A stretch of DNA of 64,000 nucleotides from an uncultured Chloroflexia bacterium (GCA_963745405.1 CAVUWY010000002.1:2005013-2069012); one strand, 5' to 3'. Shown: positions 39,384 through 48,967, counted from the stretch's first letter. Numbers and translations: made by a program. Notes: a model not told the origin generated them from the letters alone.

Positions 39384-40079
39384 ATGGGCCCGCGCCTGCA
39401 CGAGTGGTGGTCGAGTGACCGGGAGCGGCGTTTCGCCGACCGAGCGGCGGCCGGCCGCGCCCTCGGCGAGCTGCTGGCGGCGGCAGATCCGCCGTTCGAC
39501 CCAGCGAACACGACCGTCCTTGGACTGCCGCGTGGCGGAGTGCCGGTGGCGGCGGCCGTGGCGGAGCAGCTCGGAGCGCCGCTCGACATCCTCGTCGCCC
39601 ACAAGGTCGGTTCGCCCGACAACCCGGAGCTCGCGATCGGCGCGGTCGCGACGGACGGGACCACGCTCGTCGAGCCATGGGCCGGGGAGGTCGGACTCAG
39701 AGGGGAGGGGGCGTTCGCCGTCGCGGCGGCAGCCGAGCTCGAACGGGCCCGCGAGCGTGAACGACGCCTTCGGGCCGGCCGCCCGGCGCCCTCGTTGGCG
39801 GGACGGACGGCGATCCTCGTCGACGACGGCATAGCGACGGGCGCGACGATGCATGTCGCGGTCCTCGCCGCCCGGGCCCAGGGCGCGGCCCGGGTCGTCG
39901 TGGCGGTGCCGGTCGCGGCGGCCGAGTCGGCTGCCGCGTTGCGCCGGATAGCCGACGGGGTGGTGGCCGTCCTCGAACCCGCCGACTTCCGGGCCGTCGG
40001 GGAGTGGTACGAGCGGTTCGACCAGGTCGACGACACCGAGGTCGCGGCGACGCTGGCGGCGGCTGCCGCTCGCGACTGA
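39384..40079 (+). CDS. Phosphoribosyltransferase-family protein
   Basis: VLGLPRGGVPVA and the PRPP loop ILVDDGIATGATM. ATG 39384 lies 5 nt after GGAGG. Confidence 0.7.
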   Translation: MGPRLHEWWSSDRERRFADRAAAGRALGELLAAADPPFDPANTTVLGLPRGGVPVAAAVAEQLGAPLDILVAHKVGSPDNPELAIGAVATDGTTLVEPWAGEVGLRGEGAFAVAAAAELERARERERRLRAGRPAPSLAGRTAILVDDGIATGATMHVAVLAARAQGAARVVVAVPVAAAESAAALRRIADGVVAVLEPADFRAVGEWYERFDQVDDTEVAATLAAAAARD

Positions 40080-40171
40080 AGGCGCAGGGCCACCGCGGGC
40101 CACGAGCCGGCTCGCTCGACGCTACCCAGGGTCGCAGGCCATTCCGACGGCGGAGCCATACAATCGGCCGG

Positions 40172-41557
40172 ATGCCCGCCGAGCGTTCACGCCCATCGAG
40201 CGCCGCCCTGCCAGGACGTGTCTTCCGCCGCTCCGCCATGCCCGATCCGCCGATCGCGGTCCGGGCCGAGGGCTCGACCGTCTGGGACGCCGACGGGAAG
40301 GCGTACCTCGACGGCGCCGGCGGCGCGATCGTCGTCGGCATCGGCCACGGCCGGGCCTCGGTCGCTCGGGTCATGGGGGAGCAGGCCGGTCGGATCGCCT
40401 ACGCCCACGGCAGCACGTTCACGTCCGAGGCGCTCGAGGCGTACGCGGTCGAGGTCGGCCGGCACCTGCCCCTCGACGGTCCGACGATCTACCCGGTCAG
40501 CGGCGGCTCCGAGGCGATGGAGACCGCGCTCAAGCTTGCCCGCACCTACCACCTCGCCCGGGGAGAGGCGGATCGCTGGATCGTCATCAGCCGGTGGGGC
40601 AGCTACCACGGCAACACCCTCGGTGCGCTGGACCTGTCCGGTCGGCGGCCGCTCCGTCGTCCGTACGAGGGCTGGCTGGGGCGGTTCCGCCACGTCAGTG
40701 CCGCCTACCCGTACCGTGCCGGCGAGCCCGCGGCCCAGGCGCTCGGCAGTGGCGCCGAGCTCGCCGCGGAGCTCGAGGCGGCGATCGAGGCCGCCGGGCC
40801 GGGCACGGTCGCCGCGTTCGTCGGCGAGCCGATCGTCGGCGCCACCCTGGCCGCGGCCGTGCCACCGGACGACTACTGGCCGGCCATCGCCGACGTCTGC
40901 CGCCGCCACGGCGTCCTCCTCATCGCCGACGAGGTCATGACCGGCTTCGGGCGGACCGGCCGCTGGTTCGCGATGGACCACTGGGGCGTCCGGCCCGACA
41001 TCCTCGTCACGGCCAAGGGAGCCACTTCCGGGTACTGGCCGTTCGGCTTCGTGGCGGTGTCGGACGAGGTCGCCCGGACCGTCACGGATGCCGGGCCGTT
41101 CGTCCACGGCTTCACCTACAGCCACTCCCCGGTGGGTGCCGCGGTCGCTCGCGAAGTGCTCCGGATCATCGAGACGGAGGATCTCGTCGCGGCGTCGGCG
41201 GCGAAGGGAGAACGACTGCGGACGCTGCTCGGCGACCGCCTCGGCGGCCACCCGAACGTCGGCGACATCCGGGGCCGCGGGCTCATGGTCGGCCTCGAGT
41301 TCGTCGCCGACCGCGAGACTCGCCGCGCCTTCCCCCGTGCCGCCCGCCTGACCGAGGCGATCGTCCGCACCGCCCGAGAACGTGGCCTCCTCGTCTACCC
41401 GGGGACCGGCAACGCAGACGGCGTCGACGGCGACCTCATCCTCCTCGGCCCGCCCTTCGTCGTCACCGACACCGAGCTCGTCGCGATCGCCGATCGACTG
41501 ACGGCCTCCGTCGATGTCGCGATCGGGTCCCTGTCCGAGGCCGCGACTGCACGCTGA
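40172..41557 (+). CDS. Class-III aminotransferase (omega-amino acid:pyruvate type)
   Basis: SGGSEAMETALK, ADEVMTGFGRTGRWFA, VTAKGATSG motifs. Confidence 0.85.
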   Translation: MPAERSRPSSAALPGRVFRRSAMPDPPIAVRAEGSTVWDADGKAYLDGAGGAIVVGIGHGRASVARVMGEQAGRIAYAHGSTFTSEALEAYAVEVGRHLPLDGPTIYPVSGGSEAMETALKLARTYHLARGEADRWIVISRWGSYHGNTLGALDLSGRRPLRRPYEGWLGRFRHVSAAYPYRAGEPAAQALGSGAELAAELEAAIEAAGPGTVAAFVGEPIVGATLAAAVPPDDYWPAIADVCRRHGVLLIADEVMTGFGRTGRWFAMDHWGVRPDILVTAKGATSGYWPFGFVAVSDEVARTVTDAGPFVHGFTYSHSPVGAAVAREVLRIIETEDLVAASAAKGERLRTLLGDRLGGHPNVGDIRGRGLMVGLEFVADRETRRAFPRAARLTEAIVRTARERGLLVYPGTGNADGVDGDLILLGPPFVVTDTELVAIADRLTASVDVAIGSLSEAATAR

Positions 41558-41644
41558 GGGGCGGCTCCGCCGCGGCCTGGAGGAGACCGAACGCTCGCGG
41601 ACTCTCCGCCTTGACAAGGCTGGCAGCTGCCCCACGATGGGCGG

Positions 41645-41866
41645 ATGGGAGCACCCCCTCCAGGGATAGCCGCCGAAGCTGCCCGTCAGGCGCTCGTCCG
41701 GGACGACGGATCGGCCTCGGACGACCGGTCGGCGCTCGACGAGGAGGAGCTGCGCGAGCTGGAGCGGGAGGAGTACTACCCGGACGAGGCGAAGGCCCAG
41801 GACGCCGTGCCATCGCCCCCGAAGGCCGGCCTCCTCGACCACCTGTTCCGCCGCCGAGGGCGTTGA
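41645..41866 (+). CDS. Possible small acidic hypothetical protein
   Basis: ORF only. No SD or homology recognised. Confidence 0.2.
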   Translation: MGAPPPGIAAEAARQALVRDDGSASDDRSALDEEELRELEREEYYPDEAKAQDAVPSPPKAGLLDHLFRRRGR

Positions 41867-41913
41867 GGTCGCCGGCGGTCGGAGCCTAACGCGCGGGGCG
41901 ATGGGAGTGGACG

Positions 41914-42294
41914 ATGCGAGTAACGGACGGCCGCCGACCTTCGCGCCGGATCCCGCGCTACTGGCGTCGGCTCCGCTGGCCGTTCGCGATCGGCGCCTGG
42001 CTCGTCGTCGGGCTGCTTCTGCTCCCGAGCTTCGCGAGCGCCGTCGGTCCCGGCTCCTCGCATCTCGGCGTGGTCCGGGAAGTCAGCGGGACCGTCTCGC
42101 TCGTGAACTTCGACGGCACGGCGTTCTGTCTAGATACCGACGCGACCGGCGAGCAGTACTGCTCGATCCCCTATCGGTCGGCGTCCGACCCACTCGTCGT
42201 CGGTGAGCACGTCACGGGAACAGTGGTGCGGATCTCCAGTGGCGATGGCTCGGTCGAGGCCTTCGTGGTCACGGACCCGGCCCCCGACCCGTAG
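41914..42294 (+). CDS. Hypothetical membrane-anchored protein
   Basis: Arg-rich N-terminus, one TM helix, beta-rich ectodomain. Confidence 0.4.
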   Translation: MRVTDGRRPSRRIPRYWRRLRWPFAIGAWLVVGLLLLPSFASAVGPGSSHLGVVREVSGTVSLVNFDGTAFCLDTDATGEQYCSIPYRSASDPLVVGEHVTGTVVRISSGDGSVEAFVVTDPAPDP

Positions 42295-42370
42295 GTCGTA
42301 AGGTCAACGCTCGCGGACGGCGTCGCAACCACGCCTCCGGCGGAGGCGCCCTGGTCGCGTGACAGGGTAC

Positions 42371-42979
42371 TCATGCTCGAGGGTTGTCAGTCGCGGGCTC
42401 ACTCGATCCTGAGGGCTGGGCCCGGATCGCGAGTCCGGGCGCCAGGCGTAGCACGAGCGACATTCCGACTGCTCCTCCCAACGCCCCGATGACGTTGAGA
42501 AGCACGTCGTTCACGTCGGCGCTGCGCTGATCCGGGGCAACAACCTGCCACGCTTCGATGGCGACGCTCACGAGCAGCGCGAGGACGAGCACGTTCCGTC
42601 GACTCATGCCGAGGCGCCACGTGACGGCCGCCCCTAACGGTACGTACAAAGCGAGGTTGCCGATCGCGTTGAATGCCGCGATATCTCCCTCCTGCGAGAG
42701 AAGACCCTGAAGGACCGGAACGACGGGCTCCCAGTTGATGCCTGGGGGCGGCTGGTATTGATCGGCCATGGGGATTCGCAGCGGCACGATCGTGAACGCC
42801 ACGATCGCAACCACGCCGGCCGCTAGGAGCGCCTCCACGACGGAGATGGTCGTGGCAGCCTGGATGGTCTGCCTGCGCGTCCGGACCACCGCGATGACCG
42901 TCCACGCGACGACGATGACGATCAGTGCCTGACCAAACAGCGCGATCGGATACTTCAGTTCTCGGAGAACGGTCTCCAC
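42371..42979 (-). CDS. VanZ-like family membrane protein
   Basis: NAIGNLALYVPLG ... DVNDVLLNVIGALGG VanZ motifs. GTG 42979 lies 7 nt after GGGAG (the ORF extends to TTG 43036). Lower GC than the neighbours. Confidence 0.7.
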   Translation of the reverse strand: METVLRELKYPIALFGQALIVIVVAWTVIAVVRTRRQTIQAATTISVVEALLAAGVVAIVAFTIVPLRIPMADQYQPPPGINWEPVVPVLQGLLSQEGDIAAFNAIGNLALYVPLGAAVTWRLGMSRRNVLVLALLVSVAIEAWQVVAPDQRSADVNDVLLNVIGALGGAVGMSLVLRLAPGLAIRAQPSGSSEPATDNPRA

Positions 42980-43273
42980 GATCGGGCTCCCGGAACTTAG
43001 TGATCCACCGCGATCACCGGCAGCCGAACTGTACAAGCTGTCGTTCTGCCTGGAGCCCGGACCGACGGTCGCAACTCACGTAGGCGGCCGCGCAATCGCG
43101 TGCCATGGGCGCGCGCCGGCGGACAAGGGCCCGCACTTACTGTGCCGTCACCTCCGGCCGCGGCTCAGTGGCGGGGGGGTCCGGCCAGGCGCTCGTCCCG
43201 TTGAGTCAGTCCCGAGTCACCGTGGTCAGGTTCATCGTGACCGGGACGCCTGGCCTCCGGAGCTCCAGGGGAC

Positions 43274-43528
43274 TCACGCCTCGACGAGGATCACCATCGT
43301 TTCGGGCAGCACGCCGTCATACTCCATCGCCTCGGCGCCGGCCTCGGTCCGCATGAAGGCCATGACGGCGTCCATGTCGGCAACGTCCATGAGCACCGCC
43401 ACTTGGGTCGGGTTCTGCGGGTTGACGAATGTGCGGATGTTGGTGACGCCGAGGGGGCCGAACACCTCTTCGCGCTTCGGCGAGGCAAGCCAATGCTTGC
43501 TGTCCGATCCCATCCCCGAGCCGGACAC
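43274..43528 (-). CDS. Small hypothetical protein, possibly the 3' part of a disrupted gene
   Basis: 84-aa ORF. An upstream ATG at 43599 is out of frame because of a 2x7-bp tandem repeat. Confidence 0.3.
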   Translation of the reverse strand: MSGSGMGSDSKHWLASPKREEVFGPLGVTNIRTFVNPQNPTQVAVLMDVADMDAVMAFMRTEAGAEAMEYDGVLPETMVILVEA

Positions 43529-43637
43529 CGGCGAACGAATCGCGGATCGCGGATCGCGGTTTCGACGTCCTCGCGTGTGGGTTGGTCGAGTTGCGGCATC
43601 GTCGCGACCTCGAGCTGCCGCTCGTGATCGCGAGCGA

Positions 43638-44192
43638 TCAGGTCAGGCTGCGGCGGGAACCGGCCCGGAGGAGCAGCGCGACGCCGATGAGCACGATGGC
43701 GATCGGCCAGGCGTAGCGCGCGATGTCGGGGAAGCCGGCGACGTGGCTGGCGACCGTCGAGCCGCCGCTCAGGACGAGCAGGCCGCCGACGACGAGCTGC
43801 CAGCCCCAGCCGCCTCGGCCGGCCGCCCGGATGAGGGCGATGGCGACGAAGGCGATGCCGAGGAAGAGCGTGCCCCAGCCGTCGCCGGAGATGATCCCGG
43901 CATCGGACAGGACGCTCGCCAGGGCGAGGGCGGTCACGATGCCGCCGATGTAGAGGGCCGACGATCGCCGGTTGAAGAGCCACGAGACGAGGAACGCCAG
44001 GCCGATGGCGAGGACGAGGATCGAGCCTGCCTGGCGGAACTCCGGCGAGAGCTGCTGCAGGAGCAGCAGCCCGCCGAAGATGACGAGGAAGATGCCGAAC
44101 CACGGAAGCCCCGGCCGAACGTCTCGGCCGGTCTCCCAGTTCCAGGTCGCGACGTGGACCTGGCCGTGTTCGTCCTGGTAGGAGCCGCTCAC
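43638..44192 (-). CDS. Hypothetical integral membrane protein
   Basis: Five hydrophobic helices. Starts 4 nt after the MMPL stop, so it is co-transcribed. Confidence 0.6.
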   Translation of the reverse strand: MSGSYQDEHGQVHVATWNWETGRDVRPGLPWFGIFLVIFGGLLLLQQLSPEFRQAGSILVLAIGLAFLVSWLFNRRSSALYIGGIVTALALASVLSDAGIISGDGWGTLFLGIAFVAIALIRAAGRGGWGWQLVVGGLLVLSGGSTVASHVAGFPDIARYAWPIAIVLIGVALLLRAGSRRSLT

Positions 44193-44196
44193 CTGG

Positions 44197-46542
44197 TCAG
44201 CCTACCGCGCCGGCCGGACTGGCGCCATCGACGGCCGTGCCCTCGGGCGCATCGTCGGAGTCGTCCTCGACGTGGTCGAACCCGACCCGATCGGCGATGC
44301 CCTTGAGTGGGCCCGGCGCCCACCAGTTCCAGTTGCCGAGCAGGCGCATCGTCGCCGGCACGAGGAGGACCCGGACGATCGTCGCATCGATGAGGACGGC
44401 GATGGCCATCCCGACGCCGATGCTCTTGATCGTGATCACGTCCGCCAGGGCGAAGGCCGCGAAGACCGTGACCATGATCAGCGCCGCGCCAGTGATGACG
44501 CCGGCCGTGCGGGCGACCCCCTCCGCCACCGAGGCCCGGTTGTCGCCGGTCCGTCGGTAGGTCTCCTGGATCCGCGAGAGCAGCAGGACCTCGTAGTCCA
44601 TCGAGAGGCCGAAGATCACGCTGAACATGATGATCGGGTTGCCGGCGATGGTGTACCCGAGCGGCTCGAAGTTGAGGACGTTGGACAGGTTGCCGTCCTG
44701 GAAGATCCAGACGAGGGCGCCGAAGCTCGCGCTGATCGACAGCAGGGTCATGACGACCGCCTTGATCGGGATCGCGATGGAGCCGAAGAGGAGGAACAGG
44801 ACGATCGCGCTGACGAGCAGCGTCGTGCCGATGGCCAGCGGCATCTTGTCGGCCTGGCCGAGGAGGAAGTCGTGGCCGGCCGCGGCCGTCCCGCCGACCT
44901 GGGTCGTGATGCCCTCGCCGGCCGGCAGCGCCCGGATCCCCGGGATCATCGAGGTCGCCTCGGGCGTCGACGGATCGAGCGGGCTGATGGCGTCGAAGCG
45001 GACGATCGAGCCGCGGACGTAGGCCTGCTGCAGTTCGGTGATGGCGGCCGCGACCTGCGGTGGTCGCTGGGCTGCCGGCATCGCATAGATGGCGGCGACT
45101 TGCTCCGGCGTCAGGGCCGCGCCGGTGGTCGGGTCGGTCAGCGAATAGGCACCCTCGACCCGGCTGATGTTCGCCAGCTTGCCGAGGTCGGCCGCGTAGG
45201 TCGCGAGGGCGAGCGCGTTGGCCGGTGACGTCGGATCGCCCTGGACCGTGGCGAGCACCTGGATCGGCGTCGTCTCGCCGGCCGGGAACTCCTGCTGGAG
45301 GGCGATGTACGCGTCGCGACTCTCGACGCCGGGCGGGTAGATGGCCGGGCCCGGAACGCCCTGCTCGAGGTGGAAGAACGGCGAGCCGACGATGAACAAG
45401 AAGGCGAGGACCGGGATGAGGACGGCGATCGGCCGCTTCATGACCGCGGCGGCGACCGTTCCCCAGCGGCTCGTCCCGCTGGCCGGCCGCGGAGCGCGCC
45501 CGAAGCGGGTGAGGAACCCAGCCAGGCTGAGGGCGTTGACTCGCGGGCCGAGCATCCCGAGGACTGCCGGCAGCAGGGTCAGGGCGAAGAACAGGGTCGA
45601 GAGCACGACGAGGGAGCCGGCGATGCCGATGCTCCGCAGGGCGGCGGCCGGGAAGAAGAGGAGGCCGGACAGGCCGATGGCGACCGCGAAGCCGGAGAAC
45701 GCGACGGCCTTGCCGCTCGTTGCGATCGCCTTCTCGACGGCGTCCCCGACGGTCCGACCGCGCCGCAGCTCCTCGCGGAAGCGGCTGACGATGAAGAGGC
45801 TGTAGTCGATCGAAAGGGCCAGCCCGAGCATCGTCGCGATGTTGAGGACGTAGACGCTCATCGTGATCTGGCCGCTCACGAAGTAGATGAGGCCGAGGGT
45901 GGTCGGGATCGCGAAACCGGCGACGAGGAGGGGCATGCCGGCGGCGATGATCGAGGCGAAGACGAAGATGAGGATGAGTGCGGCGAACGGCAGGCTCACC
46001 GCTTCTGCCCGCTGGAGGTCCTTCTCCGAGAGAGCGGCCGAGTCCTGGGTGATCGGCCCGTAGCCGGTCAGCTGGAACATGTACCCGGCCGGCGGCTCGA
46101 TCGCGGCCCGGATCGGGTCGACGAGCGCGACCGACTCCTCGTCCGTGGCGTTGAGTTCCACGACGACGTAGGAGGCATCGTTGGCCGTGCTGATGAAGCG
46201 GCTGTCGCCCGTCTGCGCGTAGCCGACGATGCCGGCGACGTTCGGATCGGCCTTGACGGCGGTCAGGCTCGTGGCGATCGCGCCCTGGAACTCGGGCGAG
46301 GTCGCCTGGGAAGCAGTCGTCGTGCGGTAGAGGACGACGATCGTGCTGCGGCCCGCGCCGAAATCACTGGCGAGCGTGTCGGCGACGTGAGCCGACTCGG
46401 AGTTCGGATCGAGCCAGCCGCCGGAGGAGAGGCGGCTGGAGGCCTGCGAGGCGAACGCGCCGATGCCGACGGCGACGACGATGGCGAGGATGGCGACGAG
46501 GCGGCGGCGGCGATAGACGAAGGCGCCCCAGCGGCTGAACAT
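44197..46542 (-). CDS. MMPL-family (RND superfamily) transporter
   Basis: 781 aa with the duplicated 6-TM + loop architecture and typical MMPL motifs (LSIDYSLFIVSRFREE / LSMDYEVLLLSRIQE). Confidence 0.9.
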   Translation of the reverse strand: MFSRWGAFVYRRRRLVAILAIVVAVGIGAFASQASSRLSSGGWLDPNSESAHVADTLASDFGAGRSTIVVLYRTTTASQATSPEFQGAIATSLTAVKADPNVAGIVGYAQTGDSRFISTANDASYVVVELNATDEESVALVDPIRAAIEPPAGYMFQLTGYGPITQDSAALSEKDLQRAEAVSLPFAALILIFVFASIIAAGMPLLVAGFAIPTTLGLIYFVSGQITMSVYVLNIATMLGLALSIDYSLFIVSRFREELRRGRTVGDAVEKAIATSGKAVAFSGFAVAIGLSGLLFFPAAALRSIGIAGSLVVLSTLFFALTLLPAVLGMLGPRVNALSLAGFLTRFGRAPRPASGTSRWGTVAAAVMKRPIAVLIPVLAFLFIVGSPFFHLEQGVPGPAIYPPGVESRDAYIALQQEFPAGETTPIQVLATVQGDPTSPANALALATYAADLGKLANISRVEGAYSLTDPTTGAALTPEQVAAIYAMPAAQRPPQVAAAITELQQAYVRGSIVRFDAISPLDPSTPEATSMIPGIRALPAGEGITTQVGGTAAAGHDFLLGQADKMPLAIGTTLLVSAIVLFLLFGSIAIPIKAVVMTLLSISASFGALVWIFQDGNLSNVLNFEPLGYTIAGNPIIMFSVIFGLSMDYEVLLLSRIQETYRRTGDNRASVAEGVARTAGVITGAALIMVTVFAAFALADVITIKSIGVGMAIAVLIDATIVRVLLVPATMRLLGNWNWWAPGPLKGIADRVGFDHVEDDSDDAPEGTAVDGASPAGAVG

Positions 46543-46791
46543 CTCGGTGATCCTTCCTCGTGTGGGCCGCGGATCGGCGGCTGGTCGAGTGTCGTTCGGT
46601 TGCCAGGCACCTTATCGCCAACGGCGAGGTGCCGCCACGGGTCGATCCGGAGGACGTCGCGACCGGATCCTCCCGTCCAGAGGTGCCGACGGTCGAGCCT
46701 GCGCCGTATGCTCCGCCCCTGCGGCTCGGAGGTCACGCCTGACGGCGTCGCCCATCCGCGCCCGACAGCGGCGAGGTCGATGGCGAGGTTC

Positions 46792-47730
46792 ATGGCGCAC
46801 GTCCAGACCGTCCGCGGCCCGATCCCCGTCGAGGAGATCGGCTTCACCCTCCCTCACGAGCACACGGCCATCGCGTTGTGGCACATCGAGGGACGCTGGG
46901 ACTACTGGCAGCTGACCGACGATCGGCCGGTGATCGAGGCCGAGCTCGCGCTGTTCCGCGATGCCGGCGGATCGTGCCTCGTCGAGCTCACCCTGCCCGG
47001 CGTCGGTCGCGATCCTTCTCGCCTGGCTGCCTTGTCCGAGCGGACGGGGCTCCACATCGTCATGGGCTGCGGCTGGTATCGCGGGGCGTACTACCCGCCC
47101 GAGGCGCTCATCGATCGGCGCTACGTCGACGACCTCGCCGACGACCTCGTCAGAGAGGCGACCGACGGGGTGGGCGAAACCGGCATCCGGCCCGGGATCA
47201 TCGGCGAGATAGGGACCGACAAGCCGTGGATCTCGCCGGCCGAGGAGCGCGTCCATCGGGCGGCCGCACGGGCGTCGGTACGGACCGGTCTCGGCATCAC
47301 GACGCACGCGGTGATGTCCGCCGTCGGCCTCGCCCAGCTGCGGATCTTCGAGGAGGAGGGCGTCGATCCGGGGCGGGTCGTCATCGGCCATGCCGACTCG
47401 TACCCGGTCCTCGACCATTACCTCGCGCTCCTCGAGCGGGGCGCGAACATCGAGTTCGACTTCCTCGGCATGAGCTTCACCCCGACCGAGCGCCACGGCG
47501 AGGAGCGGATCGCGGGCCTGGTCGTGGAGCTCCTGTCGCGCGGCTTCGGCGGCCAGGTCCTGCTCTCCCAGGATGTCTGCCACGACAGCCAGCTGAAGCG
47601 GTACGAGGGGAACGGCTACGTCCACCTCCACGAGTCGTTTCTGCCCCGACTGCGCGTGCTCGGGGTGTCACAGGCCGAGATCGACCGCCTCACGATCGAC
47701 AACCCGCGGCGGATCCTCGCGATCGGGTAG
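46792..47730 (+). CDS. Phosphotriesterase-family (PHP) amidohydrolase
   Basis: GFTLPHEH metal-binding motif at the N-terminus and a TIM-barrel hydrolase pattern. Alternative ATG at 46780. Confidence 0.85.
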   Translation: MAHVQTVRGPIPVEEIGFTLPHEHTAIALWHIEGRWDYWQLTDDRPVIEAELALFRDAGGSCLVELTLPGVGRDPSRLAALSERTGLHIVMGCGWYRGAYYPPEALIDRRYVDDLADDLVREATDGVGETGIRPGIIGEIGTDKPWISPAEERVHRAAARASVRTGLGITTHAVMSAVGLAQLRIFEEEGVDPGRVVIGHADSYPVLDHYLALLERGANIEFDFLGMSFTPTERHGEERIAGLVVELLSRGFGGQVLLSQDVCHDSQLKRYEGNGYVHLHESFLPRLRVLGVSQAEIDRLTIDNPRRILAIG

Positions 47731-48018
47731 CGGCGCCAGGGCGCTGGCTCCGGGCCGATCCAGCAATTCGCTCCGCCGGCCGGCTTCGCCGGGTTGCCGC
47801 AGGAATATTCACTCCGCGACTAGCGAACGCCTATACCGGCCCCACGCGGACCGAACCCGGCGGATGGCCGCCCCCTGGGACTCGGATCCACGCTCAGCCG
47901 GGCCGGTCGACCCGCCGTCGGGCCTCGTTTCGGACCGTCCGGAGCGCTTGAACGCGCCTGCTAATCACGGGGTGAATACGGGAGCCGACAGGCCCGGCGG
48001 GCGGCGTGTTCCGGCCGC

Positions 48019-48209
48019 AGATATCGGTCCCACCATTAAGAAACGCTTGTTCGGGGCTCCATACGCCGGCGGACCGGGGCTCGCGGCCCGGTTCCGGCCG
48101 CGCCGGGCGGTGGATCACGCTCAGCGAGAGCCTCGTAGGCGCTGTCGTCCGGCCCCGAATCGATGACCCGACCGCCGAAACGCGATTGTTAATGCTGGCA
48201 CCGATATCT
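48019..48209. repeat. MITE-like / long-hairpin element: 28-bp imperfect terminal inverted repeats (24/28) flanking 135 bp
   Basis: AGATATCGGTCCCACCATTAAGAAACGC (48019-48046) versus the reverse complement of 48182-48209. AT-richer than the surroundings. Confidence 0.5.
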
Positions 48210-48210
48210 C

Positions 48211-48347
48211 GGCCGGAGGCCGGAGGCCGGAGAGCTGAGGGACGCCCGGAGGCCGGAGGCCGGAGGCCGGAGGCCGGAGGCCGGAGGCGGGGCGCCCGCG
48301 GCCGGAGGGCGGAGGGCGGAGTCCCGGAGAGCTCGGGGACGGCCGGA
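48211..48347. repeat. Heptamer tandem-repeat array (GGCCGGA)n with higher-order structure
   Basis: 3 copies at 48211-48231 and 5 copies at 48251-48285, plus degenerate copies up to 48347. CCGGAGAGCT(G/C)(A/G)GGGACG recurs ~96 bp apart. Confidence 0.85.
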
Positions 48348-48384
48348 AGCCGTGGGGCCCGGTGCCCGGGCCCGGAACGAACGG

Positions 48385-48828
48385 TCAGCCTTCGAGCGTG
48401 GCCTCGACGCTGAGCTCGACGTTGCCCTTGAGGGCCTTCGAGATCGGGCAGCCGTCGCGGGCCTTCTCGGCTGCCTCGAGGAAGCTCGCGGGGGTGGCGC
48501 CGGGAACGACGCCGCGCACGGTGATGTGGGCGGAGAGCACGGTCCAGCCCGAGTCGCGCTTGTCGGCGGTGACCGCGACGCCGACGTCGAGGCGGGTCGG
48601 CGGGGTGCCGGCCTTGGCGAGCTCGTTCGAGCAGGCCATCGAATAGCACGACGCGTGGGCGGCGGCGAGGAGTTCCTCGGGGCTTGTCACGCCTTCGGGC
48701 TCGCCGGTCCTCGAAGCCCAGGTGATCGGCAGGTCGCGGAAGACGCCGGTCGTCCCAGCCGTCACGACACCCTTCCCACCGAGCAGGTCGCCCGACCAGC
48801 TCGCGCTGCCTTGTCTCGTCGCGGCCAT
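48385..48828 (-). CDS. osmC: OsmC-family peroxiredoxin
   Basis: 148 aa. EELLAAAHASCYSMA and the CPISKAL Cys motifs. Confidence 0.85.
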   Translation of the reverse strand: MAATRQGSASWSGDLLGGKGVVTAGTTGVFRDLPITWASRTGEPEGVTSPEELLAAAHASCYSMACSNELAKAGTPPTRLDVGVAVTADKRDSGWTVLSAHITVRGVVPGATPASFLEAAEKARDGCPISKALKGNVELSVEATLEG

Positions 48829-48967
48829 CGATGGCCCTCCCTTCGCTGCGGTGGCCGCAATCGTCCCACAGGGGCCGATCTGGCGGCTGAAACCGGCGAC
48901 GCGGGTGCGGCGCAGGGCGCCCGCGTCCGCCGCGCCGCCGTCCGCCCGAGCGTGAGTCGGCCGTCGA

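Noticed and set aside
42371-43036. Lower-GC VanZ-like gene as a second horizontally acquired island
   Set aside because: No flanking repeats, integrase or tRNA were seen. Membrane-protein composition alone can explain the lower GC.
48211-48347. Possible CRISPR array
   Set aside because: The repeat unit is only 7 bp with no unique spacers and no cas genes. It is a simple tandem repeat.
48006-48413. 135-aa ORF encoding PEAGGRR repeats
   Set aside because: It is the translation of the heptamer tandem array. A 7-nt periodicity cannot maintain a frame over evolutionary time, and there is no start context.
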